Positions 37,014 through 46,730 of a stretch of 64,000 nt of DNA are shown in pieces. Origin of the DNA: Planctomycetota bacterium (GTDB lineage: Bacteria > Planctomycetota > UBA8108 > SXIK01); assembly GCA_965223845.1 (NCBI GenBank), contig CBDCXR010000004.1, positions 4,811,334 through 4,875,333 of the forward strand. The letters are read 5' to 3'. The notes under the pieces are model-generated. The model searched no databases. It had not been told where the DNA came from and saw nothing but the letters and a program-made list of their open reading frames with translations. How positions within the stretch are numbered: the first letter of the stretch is position 1; every line of letters starts with the position of its first letter. The position numbers and the translations under genes were made by a program.

Positions 37014-37427
37014 ATGACTCCGAAGCGCAAAGACGTCACCGACGCGGAGCTCTCGATCCTCGAAGCGCTTTGGGACGAGGGTCCGAGCACGATTCGACGG
37101 CTGACCGAGATCCTTTACCCGCGTGGAGACGAATCCGACTACGCCACCGTGAAGAAGCTGCTCGCGCGCATCGAGGCGAAGGGCTTCGTTCGGCGTGATC
37201 GCGGTCAACTCGCGCACGTCTTCGAACCGACGCTCACGCGAGACGATCTCATCGGCCAGCGCTTGAGCGCCGTCGCCGATCACCTGTGCGGTGGTTCACG
37301 AACACCGATTCTTCTTCACCTCCTCCGCAACGAGAAATTGAGCGAAGCCGAGCTCGACGAGCTCCGGCAATTCGTGGAACGCGAGAAGAAGCGCTCGGCA
37401 AGGCGCGGAAGGGGGAAGACGAAATGA
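37014..37427 (+). CDS. blaI: BlaI/MecI/CopY-family transcriptional repressor
   Basis: Winged-helix N-domain (DAELSILEALWDEGPSTIRRLTEILYP...YATVKKLLARIEAKGFVRR). 137 aa. Its stop overlaps the blaR1-like start (ATGA). Confidence 0.8.
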   Translation: MTPKRKDVTDAELSILEALWDEGPSTIRRLTEILYPRGDESDYATVKKLLARIEAKGFVRRDRGQLAHVFEPTLTRDDLIGQRLSAVADHLCGGSRTPILLHLLRNEKLSEAELDELRQFVEREKKRSARRGRGKTK

Positions 37428-40186
37428 CGGCGGAGCTGCTCTCGCTGGCCCTCAGTCACTGCGTAGTCGCGGCCGCGCTCGCACTCGTCGCGGCCGCCGC
37501 GGGGCTCGTGCGTCTCCACCCACGGCTCGTCCACGCCCTTTGGCTCCTCGTTCTGATCAAGCTCGTCACGCCGCCTCTCGCTCGCGTGGAGATCCCGACC
37601 GCAGCGCACGACGAAACGCGCTACGAACCGCGCGGTGAGGACGAAGCGGCGGTCGCCGCCCTCCGAACGAACGAACTCCGCGATGGGCATCTTCCTGAGA
37701 GTGTCGCCATTCGCGCGACGCTCGCGCCCGAAGAAGACAGCTGGGGTGGCGACGACAACGTCCCGTGGTCGGAGCTCGACGATCGGAGCCTCAGGGCGAC
37801 CGAATCCGAGTTTTCGTTCGGGGAGCTGACTGCGATGCCCGAAAGGTCGGTCGACGATTCCGTCGGCGCCCCGGTTTTCGACATTTCGCGCGCCCACGCT
37901 CGGCGCGAACGGGCGAGTCGGATCGTAGAAAGCGGGGCGAACGAGTTTCTCGGCGAACCACCGCCCAGCTCTTCGGCGACAAACTCCGACCTCGCCGAGG
38001 CGTCTCTCGCGAATGCGTGGACGAATGCAGCAACCGAGCTCCGAGCGGCGTTCGCGTACGCCGCCCCGGTCGCCGCGTGGGTCTGGCTCGCAGGGATCCT
38101 CGGACTAGCTGCTCTCGACATCCGGCGCATCTCGCGGTTTCACCGGCTCGCCGCGATGGCCGAGCGAGCCTCCGACTCGGTTCAAGACACGGCCGCGCAG
38201 CTCGGCCGCCGGATGGGGGTCAGCCGCATTCCGGAGATCGCGCTTCTCCCGGGCATCGCGACGCCGATGCTCTGGCCGATCGGAAGACGCGCGCGCGTCC
38301 TCGTACCGCGAGAACTCGTCGCGTCGCTCGAACTGCGAGAGCTCGAATCGATTCTCTGTCACGAACTCGCCCATCTGCGTCGTCGCGACCATTGGGTACG
38401 CGCGCTCGAGACGATCGTCGGATGGATCTACTGGTGGAACCCCGTGGTTCCGTGGGCGCGACGCGAGCTGCGCGAACGGGAGGAGCAGCTTTGCGATGCG
38501 CTGGTACTCGAGACCGAAGGCGTGCGAGCCGGCACGTACGCCGACGCTCTGCTCCGTACGGCAAGCTTTCTCTCCCGATCTCGCCCCGCGCTCCCTCCCA
38601 CTGCGAGCGGGATCGGCCAAGCTCACTCTCTCCGAAGGAGACTGACGATGATCTTAGGAACGAAGGATTCACGCCCGGCGGCTCCACGTTTTTCGGCGTG
38701 GCTCGTCCTCGCGATCGGTGGTTTGCTGCTGCCCTTGACACCGTCGTGGTCGGTGACCGTGGGCCAAGAGGCGGAATCCACCTTCGAAGAAGCGGAACAA
38801 GAGGAGACAGCGGCAACCGAAGCCGAGGCTGAAGCCACAATCCTCGAGGAGGCGGCAGCCGCCGCGGCGGATGCCGAGGCCGTCGCGGCAGCGGTTGCCG
38901 CGGACGCCGAAGCCGAGGCCGCGGAACGCACGGCGAGAGCCGAAGCCGCGGACGCCGCTGCGGCCGCGGACGAAGCCGAAACCGTCGCGGCGGCTCGACG
39001 GGACTCGTTCGGACTCGTTTTTGCAGACGAAGCCGCTGCGGACGTCTTCGGAACGATGCTCGACGAGACGAAAGCCAAGAAGAAGCGATCGTCGACCGAG
39101 GAAGACCGGGCGAAGGGCGGCGCGGCGTCCAGGTCGAAGCGTAAGCGCGCTAGCTCCACTCGGCATGATCACGATGCCGAGGAGCCGGAGGGTCACCGCG
39201 ACCACGAGGACCGCGACGAGGGTCACAGTCGCGTCGATGAAGTGTACCGCCGGATCGGGCAGCTCATGGTGGTCGGAAAACTCGACGAAGCGCGTCGGCT
39301 GGCGCAGAAGGTCGCCGAGCAGACCGCCGCTCGCTCGCAGAAACGACATCGAGAGGGCTACTCGGGCGAGTCCAATGTCCTCCGTTGGCGTCAGCGATTC
39401 GAAGACGAATTGGCGCGAGCGACGGAGCGCGTGGAATCGTTCGTCGAGCAGACGAGACACGAACTCGAACGCGAGTTCCGGCGGGCCCCCGAGCACCATC
39501 CGGGGCTTTTCGAAGCTCTACGCGAGACGGATCTCGATCAGCTCATCAAACGTCGATTGAGGAACGCGCCGAGCTACGTGCGCGATGTCATGCGGGAAAT
39601 CGATCTCCAGGAGATCGTCAAGGATGCGCTGAAGCAATTCCCCCGGGCGAAGAACTTTAGCGCCCAGGAGCTCCGCCAGGCGCGGCGCGAGCTCCCCGAA
39701 AAGATCGCCGAAGCGACGGACGAAATGCGGGCGCGAATCGAAGCCAAGGTGCGCGACGCGGCGAACGAGCTCCGTCGCCTCGCCGAAAAAGCCCCGAAGG
39801 ACGTGCGCGATTCCGACGAGCTGCGCGACTTCTTCCGTCGCGCCGTGGAGAATCCCGACGCCATCCTCGCGATCGCAGCCAAGAAATTGCGCGGGCCGAG
39901 TACCGAAGCTCCGGCGGGAGGACCCGCGAAGGCGAAGCGAAAGTCGGAGTACTCGACCGGATCACCCTATGAGTCCACGCAGGAAGAGCGGCGCCGCTTC
40001 CCGGCGGAATCGTACTACGGCTCCGGCCGGCCCGACGATCCACTGCGGCAGCTCGAGCGTCGATTGGACGGACTCGAGCGGCAGCTCGGCGACGTGCTCA
40101 AGGAAATGATGGCCCTCCGGAAGCTCCGAAACGAGCTCGAACAGAAACGTACTGCGCGTCCCCGAGGGGCGAGCAACCACCGCTGA
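37424..40186 (+). CDS. BlaR1/MecR1-like M56-family membrane metalloprotease sensor with long acidic/Ala-rich and coiled-coil C-terminal region. No penicillin-binding sensor domain.
   Basis: ATG 37424 (MTAELLSLAL), TM helices. HExxH motif ILCHELAHLRRRDH. Downstream glutamate LCDALVLE. C-terminal about 500 aa is low-complexity (EAEQEETAATEAEAEATILEEAAAAAADAEAVAAAV...) then coiled coil. 920 aa. Confidence 0.75.
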   Translation: MTAELLSLALSHCVVAAALALVAAAAGLVRLHPRLVHALWLLVLIKLVTPPLARVEIPTAAHDETRYEPRGEDEAAVAALRTNELRDGHLPESVAIRATLAPEEDSWGGDDNVPWSELDDRSLRATESEFSFGELTAMPERSVDDSVGAPVFDISRAHARRERASRIVESGANEFLGEPPPSSSATNSDLAEASLANAWTNAATELRAAFAYAAPVAAWVWLAGILGLAALDIRRISRFHRLAAMAERASDSVQDTAAQLGRRMGVSRIPEIALLPGIATPMLWPIGRRARVLVPRELVASLELRELESILCHELAHLRRRDHWVRALETIVGWIYWWNPVVPWARRELREREEQLCDALVLETEGVRAGTYADALLRTASFLSRSRPALPPTASGIGQAHSLRRRLTMILGTKDSRPAAPRFSAWLVLAIGGLLLPLTPSWSVTVGQEAESTFEEAEQEETAATEAEAEATILEEAAAAAADAEAVAAAVAADAEAEAAERTARAEAADAAAAADEAETVAAARRDSFGLVFADEAAADVFGTMLDETKAKKKRSSTEEDRAKGGAASRSKRKRASSTRHDHDAEEPEGHRDHEDRDEGHSRVDEVYRRIGQLMVVGKLDEARRLAQKVAEQTAARSQKRHREGYSGESNVLRWRQRFEDELARATERVESFVEQTRHELEREFRRAPEHHPGLFEALRETDLDQLIKRRLRNAPSYVRDVMREIDLQEIVKDALKQFPRAKNFSAQELRQARRELPEKIAEATDEMRARIEAKVRDAANELRRLAEKAPKDVRDSDELRDFFRRAVENPDAILAIAAKKLRGPSTEAPAGGPAKAKRKSEYSTGSPYESTQEERRRFPAESYYGSGRPDDPLRQLERRLDGLERQLGDVLKEMMALRKLRNELEQKRTARPRGASNHR

Positions 40187-40335
40187 ATCGCAGAACTCTG
40201 ACCCCGGCGGTGCGAACGACACACGGAGAACGCTTGTTTCGCCGCTCGCAGTCTCCGATCGTCCGCACGCGGCCGGGGTCGGTTCGTCGTAGGCTCCGCC
40301 CAAGGGGCGACTTCACGCCGACGCGAGACGTCAGC

Positions 40336-41853
40336 TCACTCAGGGGGAGCCATCTCCCGCTTCGACGGCCTCGGCCGGACGCGATTCGGCAGCGGCGCGC
40401 CCGTCTCGCGGTCGAACTCGTCCGGCGTACGGAATTTCGGCGTTCGGTCGCTCGTTTCGTCGCGCCATTCCGCGAGGGCGGTGCGCAGCTCGTCGAGCTT
40501 TGCGCGATAGCGCGGATCACCCGCGAGGTTGTTCAGCTCGTAGGGGTCCTCGACGCAGTCGTAGAGCTCCTCTTCGGGCCTCGGAGCGACGAAGCAAGCG
40601 CGCTGCGGTTCCGTGAGCGCCCCTTCGGCGCGAAGAGCCCGAAGTGCCGTGTACGTCGGACTCCGCACGGCGTCCGCGCCCGGAGTCCCCGGCAAATCGG
40701 GATAGAAATTGCGAATGTACTTGAAGCGTTCGTCTCGTACCGCGCGACCGAAATCCTCGTAGTCGTGCCAGTGATCCTCGGCGAACGCGTAGCGACGAAC
40801 TGAACGCCCCGATTCGCGCAGGAGCGGGAGAAAGCTCTTACCGCGAAAACGATGCTCCGGGGGCGCACTCGCGAGCTCGAGCAGCGTCGGTGCGATGTCG
40901 ATCGCGCTCACGAGCCGACGACAGATCGAACCCGCCGCGACGTGCCTCGGCCAGCGAATGATCCACGGTGTTTTGATCCCGCCGTCGTAGAGCGTCGTCT
41001 TGTCGCGGGGAAACGGTCGCCCGTTGTCGCTGAGGAAGAGGACGAGCGTGCTCTCGGCGACACCTTGCTCTTCGAGCTCGTCGAGCACGCGCCCGATGTT
41101 CGTGTCGAGACGTGTGATCTCGTCGTAGTACTGGCCGAGATCTTCACGCACGGCAGCGACGTCGGGAAAGTAAGGCGGCACGACGACTTCGGATTTACGG
41201 TGCGGATCCGGGATCGTGCCGGACGAATAGTCGCGGTGAGGATCCAACGCCGCGAGCCAGAGAAAAAAAGGACGGCCTCGCGGTCGGTCGCGCAGCGTCC
41301 TGATCCAGTCTCCCGCTCCACTCGGATCGCCGCTCGCGCTCATCTCGGCACGGGCAGCGTCCGCCCCCGTCGGCAAGCTGAAGCCACGTGGATCGGCCTC
41401 GCGGACGAGATCGAAGCGATCCTTCACCGCGTCTCCGAGATGCCACTTGCCGGCGGCAGCCGTCCAATAGCCGACGGCTCGCAATCGTTCGACGAAGGTC
41501 ACGCGATCGGCAGGAAGCGGCCAGTGGAGCTGCTCGGCATCGGTTTCGTGCGGGTAGAGTCCAGTGACGATGCTCGCGCGACTCGGACTGCACGAGCTCG
41601 CGGTGAGGATCGCGTTCGTAAATCGCATCCCCGCGCGCGCGAGGCGGTCGAGCTGTGGCGTCTGAATGTGCGGATGGCCGTAGACGCTCGTGTCATCCCA
41701 ACTGAGATCATCGGCGATGATCACCACGATGTTGGGCGGCGAAGCGTCGAGGGGCGAAGCGTCCGGCCGAGGCGCGGCGCACGCCCCGAGAGTCAGCGGA
41801 GCAGCGATCCAAACGAGGACGCGCACTCGATTCGCATCGTTTCGGAAACGCAT
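40336..41853 (-). CDS. Sulfatase (formylglycine-dependent arylsulfatase family), secreted/lipoprotein
   Basis: Signal peptide with LTLGACAAP. Sulfatase signature ...FTNAILTASSCSPSRASIVTGLYPHE (C-x-P-S-R), DDLSWDDTSVYGHP, metal-binding residues. Likely start MRFRNDANRV (ATG 41851-41853). Confidence 0.85.
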   Translation of the reverse strand: MRFRNDANRVRVLVWIAAPLTLGACAAPRPDASPLDASPPNIVVIIADDLSWDDTSVYGHPHIQTPQLDRLARAGMRFTNAILTASSCSPSRASIVTGLYPHETDAEQLHWPLPADRVTFVERLRAVGYWTAAAGKWHLGDAVKDRFDLVREADPRGFSLPTGADAARAEMSASGDPSGAGDWIRTLRDRPRGRPFFLWLAALDPHRDYSSGTIPDPHRKSEVVVPPYFPDVAAVREDLGQYYDEITRLDTNIGRVLDELEEQGVAESTLVLFLSDNGRPFPRDKTTLYDGGIKTPWIIRWPRHVAAGSICRRLVSAIDIAPTLLELASAPPEHRFRGKSFLPLLRESGRSVRRYAFAEDHWHDYEDFGRAVRDERFKYIRNFYPDLPGTPGADAVRSPTYTALRALRAEGALTEPQRACFVAPRPEEELYDCVEDPYELNNLAGDPRYRAKLDELRTALAEWRDETSDRTPKFRTPDEFDRETGAPLPNRVRPRPSKREMAPPE

Positions 41854-42070
41854 GGCGACTCTCCTCTGGCCCTCACCTGAGCGGCTCCTCGCCCTGAAGT
41901 GCCGCTCGCCGGCCATCCTTCATACCAGGTCCACAGCCGAGCGTGGAGTCGCGATCGGAGCGTTCCGCCGGAGCGCCGCCTTCGCGGAACAAGAGAATTG
42001 AGTCCCTCCGGAGTCCCGATCTATCCTGAAGCTTAGTTGGAAGGCTCGATTCTCCGGCGGTTTCCATCTT

Positions 42071-45000
42071 GTGACGTCCCTTCGCGCGCGAGTCGTGGTT
42101 TCGATCATCGTCGCTGGCAGCACCCTCGCGGTCGCGATCGCCGCCGACGATACGGACTCCCGGCCAGTAGATGCAGACGACATCGCGTTCTTCGAGAATC
42201 GCGTGCGCCCGATCCTCGTCGACGCATGCTTCGAGTGCCACGGCCCAACGAAGCAGGAGTCGGGACTGCGCTTCGATCGCCGAGAAGCGTTCTTCCGCGG
42301 TGGTCAGAGCGGCCCACCGGTTTCCGCCGGAGACCCCGACGCGAGCCTTCTCATCCGCGCGGTCCGCCGCCAGGGCGATCTCCGGATGCCGCCCCCCGAA
42401 CGCTTGAGCGGCGAGGCGGTGCGCGCTCTCGAGGAGTGGGTTCGCCGCGGTGCACCGTGGCCCGCTCCCACGGAGGCACCGCGCGAGGAGCGCGCGGCGT
42501 CGGAGCTTTGGTCCCTCCGCCCGATCGTCGAGACGGACGTTCCCGAAGTCGGCGACCCGCGTTGGTCCGCAACGGAGATCGACCGCTTCGTGTACGCGCG
42601 TCTCCAGTCGGCGGGAATCGCCCCCGTCGGGCTGGCCGACAGAAGAACGCTGCTTCGACGCGTAACGTACGATCTCACGGGTCTCCCGCCCACACCATCC
42701 GACCTCGAAGCGTTCATCGCCGACGAGTCTCCGTTCGCGTTCGAACGCGTCGTCGATCGACTTCTCGCGACGAACGCCTACGCCGAGAAGTGGGGCCGGC
42801 ACTGGCTCGACGTCGTCCGCTACGCCGACACCGCAGGCGAGACGGCCGACTATCCCGTGCGCGAAGCCTACAAGTACCGCAACTACGTCATCGAGAGCTT
42901 CGCGAGCGACAAGCCGTACGATCGGTTCGTTCGCGAGCAAATCGCGGGGGATCTTCTCGCGAAAAGCTCACCGCGCGCACGCTACGAGGAGCTCGTCACC
43001 GCGACGGGATTCGTCGCGATCTCGCGCCGCTTCGGTTTCGACATCCAGAACTACCACCACCTCACGATCCAAGACACGATCGACACCCTCGGCCAGGCGG
43101 TTCTCGGGCTCACTCTCGGTTGCGCGCGATGTCACGACCACAAGTACGACCCCGTTTCTGCGGAGGACTACTACGCGCTCTACGGAATCTTCTCGAGCAC
43201 GAAGTACTCGTTTCCCGGATCCGAGGAGAAGCAGCGGCCCGCGGGCTTCGTCCCGGACGTCCCTCCGGCCGAGATCACGACGCGCGAAAGGGTGCACGCA
43301 GAGCGCATAGCTCAGCTCGAGGCCGAGCTCGCGCGTCTCGAAGGGGCGGGAATCGAATCCGCGGATGCCCTCGTGAAGAGCGGCGTTCCGGATCGGCTCG
43401 CCGAGGCTGGTCAGCTCGAGCGCGTCGCGCGATCGCCGGCGCTCGCGGCCATCTGGCCGAGACTTCTCCGCGACCGTGTCGATCGGGAACAGCAGCTCGA
43501 CGGCGTCGCGGTGTGGCGCCGGGGCGCGCTTCCGTCCGTCGTCGTCAACTCGAGTGACGCGACCGTCAAGATCCCCGGGACGGTTCCGGCGAGTCGCGTC
43601 GCCGTACACCCCGCGGACGACGCCGGTGCCGGGATCGCTTGGTGGAGTCCGCTCTCGGGCCGGGTACAGATCGACGGATCGGTGGCGGACGCCCACAACT
43701 GCGGCGACGGTGTCGAATGGCGGCTCGATCTCGTTCGCGAAGACGAGACGACCGAACTCGCAGCGGGCGCGGTGAATCCGAGCGAACGACAACCCTTCGC
43801 AGCGGGGGCGAGCGGCGTCCTCACGATCGACGTCCGCGAGGGCGATCTCCTCCAGCTCGCGATCCAGAAGAAGGGGGGAATCGGGTGCGACCTCACGTTG
43901 GTCGAACTCGCGGTGCGCGAGGCGGGCGGACGCGCCCGAGTCTGGGACCTCGCCGGCGATTTTCTCGACGAACCGCTCCGAGCGAATCCGCGCGACGACC
44001 GCTACGGCAATGTTGCGGTTTGGAACCTTTTCGCCGCGGATCCGAGCGCCGGAGAAGATCGCCCGGTCGCCTCGGGCGACGACGTGCTCTTCCTCCTCGC
44101 CATCGCCGCAGAAGATACCGGTCTCGTGAAGAGCCGCATGGCGGAGCTCGGGAAGGTGCGCGCAAAGCTCGACGCACTCAAGAAGGCGGGGCCGTACGAG
44201 CTCGTCTACGGTGTCGTCGATGGTGAACCGCACGACGCTCAGTTTCAAAAGCGCGGCGAGAAGGACCGGCTCGGCCCTCGCGTCCCGCGCCGTTTCTTGG
44301 GCGCGCTCGGTGGCACCCCGCTATCGCCTGAAGCTCGAAAGACGAGCGGCCGCGCCGAGCTCGCCGAGTGGCTCGTCGGCCGCGAGAACCCTCTCACCGC
44401 ACGCGTGATCGTGAACCGAGTGTGGCAACACCACTTCGGCGACGGGCTGGTGCGAACCGAGAACGACTTCGGATTCCGCGGCGCGCGTCCGACCCACCCC
44501 GAGCTCCTCGACCACCTCGCGCTCCGGTTCGTCGAGGATGGCTGGTCGATCAAAGCACTCCACCGGAGAGTCTTGCGCTCGCAGGTGTACCGGCTCGCGA
44601 GTACGTACGACGCCGAGAGGGCACGCATGGACCCAGCGAACGAGCTTCTCTGGCGCATGCCGCGCCGTCGCCTGTCGGCGGAAGAGATCCGCGATACGAT
44701 GCTCCAGCTCGCAGGAAACCTCGATCGCTCGGTCGGAGGCGCGCACCCGTTTCCCGACGTGAGCACGTGGGGATTCACGCAGCACAATCCGTTTCGAGCC
44801 GCCTACGCAACGACGCGACGGAGCGTCTACCTCATGACGCAGCGCATTCGTCGCCATCCCTTCCTCGCGCTCTTCGATGGACCCGATCCGAACGCGAGCA
44901 CGCCGGATCGCGATGCCACGACCGTGCCGACTCAGTCGCTCTTTTTCATGAACAGCCCGTTCGTTCACGAGCAGTCGCGCGCGTTCGCGCGGCGACTCAT

Positions 45001-45214
45001 CAACACCGCAACCGCAACCGAAGCTCGGATCAGCTACGCGTTTCTACTGGCGCTCGGACGGGAGCCCGAGGACGATGAACGCGCGGAAACGGAGGCGTTT
45101 TTGCGCGACTACACCGCCGCCGTAAGCGCCACCGCCGCCGAGCGGGAAGAGCTCGTGTGGGCCGCCGTCGCGCGCACGCTTCTCGCTCGAAACGACTTTC
45201 TCTTCGTCGACTAA
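42071..45214 (+). CDS. PSCyt1/DUF1549/DUF1553 (planctomycete cytochrome-C/PSD1) family protein
   Basis: GTG 42071. Signal peptide. PSCyt1 (FFENRVRPILVDACFECHGPTKQESGLRFDRREAFFRGGQSGPPVSAGDPDASLLIRAV...MPP). DUF1549 (RRVTYDLTGLPPTPSDLEAFIADESPFAFERVVDRLLATNAYAEKWGRHWLDVVRYADT). CxxCHDHKYDP motif. DUF1553 C-terminus (HPELLDHLALRFVEDGWSIKALHRRVLRSQVYRLAS). 1047 aa. Confidence 0.85.
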   Translation: MTSLRARVVVSIIVAGSTLAVAIAADDTDSRPVDADDIAFFENRVRPILVDACFECHGPTKQESGLRFDRREAFFRGGQSGPPVSAGDPDASLLIRAVRRQGDLRMPPPERLSGEAVRALEEWVRRGAPWPAPTEAPREERAASELWSLRPIVETDVPEVGDPRWSATEIDRFVYARLQSAGIAPVGLADRRTLLRRVTYDLTGLPPTPSDLEAFIADESPFAFERVVDRLLATNAYAEKWGRHWLDVVRYADTAGETADYPVREAYKYRNYVIESFASDKPYDRFVREQIAGDLLAKSSPRARYEELVTATGFVAISRRFGFDIQNYHHLTIQDTIDTLGQAVLGLTLGCARCHDHKYDPVSAEDYYALYGIFSSTKYSFPGSEEKQRPAGFVPDVPPAEITTRERVHAERIAQLEAELARLEGAGIESADALVKSGVPDRLAEAGQLERVARSPALAAIWPRLLRDRVDREQQLDGVAVWRRGALPSVVVNSSDATVKIPGTVPASRVAVHPADDAGAGIAWWSPLSGRVQIDGSVADAHNCGDGVEWRLDLVREDETTELAAGAVNPSERQPFAAGASGVLTIDVREGDLLQLAIQKKGGIGCDLTLVELAVREAGGRARVWDLAGDFLDEPLRANPRDDRYGNVAVWNLFAADPSAGEDRPVASGDDVLFLLAIAAEDTGLVKSRMAELGKVRAKLDALKKAGPYELVYGVVDGEPHDAQFQKRGEKDRLGPRVPRRFLGALGGTPLSPEARKTSGRAELAEWLVGRENPLTARVIVNRVWQHHFGDGLVRTENDFGFRGARPTHPELLDHLALRFVEDGWSIKALHRRVLRSQVYRLASTYDAERARMDPANELLWRMPRRRLSAEEIRDTMLQLAGNLDRSVGGAHPFPDVSTWGFTQHNPFRAAYATTRRSVYLMTQRIRRHPFLALFDGPDPNASTPDRDATTVPTQSLFFMNSPFVHEQSRAFARRLINTATATEARISYAFLLALGREPEDDERAETEAFLRDYTAAVSATAAEREELVWAAVARTLLARNDFLFVD

Positions 45215-45224
45215 ACGATTCCTC

Positions 45225-46646
45225 ATGGCCGAACTCTCATCGACTTCGAGTCACTTCCCGACTCGCCGCGAAGTCCTCAACACGGCCGCGGGCGGGCTCG
45301 GCGGCATCGCTCTCGCGGGCCTCCTCGAGGACGCCGCGCTCGGCCAGCGACCGGCGCTCGATCCACTTGCGCCGAAGCTTCCGCTCGTGCGCCCGAAAGC
45401 GAAGCGGGTGATCTTCCTCTACATGACGGGCGGAGTCTCACAGGTCGAGTCCTTCGATCCGAAGCCGAAACTCTTCCGGGACGACCGGAAATCGATCCGA
45501 ATCGACAACTGGCAGGGAAAGAAGGGCGACTACAACTTCTTTCTGCGGCGTCCCAACTGGGGCTTCGCTCGCGGAGGCGAGAGCGGGATCGAAGTCAACG
45601 ACCTCTTTCCGCACGTGCGCCAAGTTGTCGACGACATCTGCGTGATCCGCTCGATGGAGTCGAACCACACGAACCACTACGAGGGGACACTCGGGATGCA
45701 CACGGGCTCGTGGACGTTCGCACGCCCGAGCATCGGCGCATGGGTGAGCTACGGCCTCGGCACCGAAAACGAAAATCTCCCGTCGTTCATGGTCATCGCA
45801 CCGAAGTCGCCGTACGCGGGCGCGCAGACTTGGGGTTCCGACTTTCTTCCCGGCTGCCACCAGGGAACGCGCATCGTCCCCGGCCCTGCGCCGATCGCCG
45901 ACGTGCGCCCGCGAGTCTCGAGCTCCGAGCTGCAGGAGCTCGAGCTCCGGCTCATCGCGCGATCGAATCGCCGGCATCTCGCCCGGCGCGGCGTCGACGA
46001 CGCGCTCGAGGCGCGCATCCGCTCGTTCGAAACGGCGTTCGGGATGCAGCGCGAAGCGCCGGAGGTGTTCGATCTCGGCGGGGAAACCGACGCGACCCAC
46101 GCGCTCTACGGACTCGAGCGCGGGAGCACAGCTGGGTTTGCGTGGCAGTGTCTCGTCGCCCGCCGCCTCGCTGAGCGCGGCGTCCGGTTCATCGAGCTCA
46201 TCGATACTGGCTCGGCCGGGAACTGGGACTCGCACGGAAACATGCGGGATCACGTCGCCCTCGCGAAAAACGTCGATCGTCCGATCGCGGGCCTCCTCAC
46301 CGACCTCAAGCAGCGCGGGCTGCTCGACGAGACGCTCGTCGTGTGGACGACGGAGTTCGGCCGCACGCCGTACCACGCGGATCAGAATCACCCAGGGCGG
46401 GAGCATCACCACCAGGCGTTTTCATCGTGGATGGCGGGGGGTGGAGTCCGCGGCGGCATGGTCTTCGGCGAGACGGACGACTACGGAATCGAGGTCGTCC
46501 GCGATCGCTGCCACGTGCACGACTTTCACGCGACCATCCTCCACCTCCTCGGACTCGATCACGAGCGGCTCACGTTTCGACACGCGGGGCGTGACTATCG
46601 ACTCACCGACGTGCACGGGCGCGTGATTCACGAGATTCTGGGGTGA
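45225..46646 (+). CDS. DUF1501 domain protein (sulfatase/alkaline-phosphatase-like fold), TAT-exported; partner of the preceding DUF1549/DUF1553 protein
   Basis: TAT-like N-terminus (TRREVLNTAAGGLGGIALAGLLE). DUF1501 motifs (RVIFLYMTGGVSQVESFDPKP...VVWTTEFGRTPYHADQNHPGREHHHQAFSSWMAGGGVRGG). Confidence 0.85.
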   Translation: MAELSSTSSHFPTRREVLNTAAGGLGGIALAGLLEDAALGQRPALDPLAPKLPLVRPKAKRVIFLYMTGGVSQVESFDPKPKLFRDDRKSIRIDNWQGKKGDYNFFLRRPNWGFARGGESGIEVNDLFPHVRQVVDDICVIRSMESNHTNHYEGTLGMHTGSWTFARPSIGAWVSYGLGTENENLPSFMVIAPKSPYAGAQTWGSDFLPGCHQGTRIVPGPAPIADVRPRVSSSELQELELRLIARSNRRHLARRGVDDALEARIRSFETAFGMQREAPEVFDLGGETDATHALYGLERGSTAGFAWQCLVARRLAERGVRFIELIDTGSAGNWDSHGNMRDHVALAKNVDRPIAGLLTDLKQRGLLDETLVVWTTEFGRTPYHADQNHPGREHHHQAFSSWMAGGGVRGGMVFGETDDYGIEVVRDRCHVHDFHATILHLLGLDHERLTFRHAGRDYRLTDVHGRVIHEILG

Positions 46647-46730
46647 CGCGGATTCGCGGCACGGTCACGGTCCACCTCAAACGCGTTGGATCCGTGAATC
46701 GAAGCGTCGGATCGGGTTTCGCGAACCTCT

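Noticed and set aside
40852-41880. 342-aa + ORF, with similar long ORFs 45438..46412 (-), 49829..51058 (+), 51599..52987 (+), 63414..63941 (-)
   Set aside because: All are antisense or alternative-frame ORFs across well-supported genes (sulfatase, DUF1501, PQQ-propeller gene, terminal PSD1 gene). Low-complexity Arg/Asp/Glu composition.
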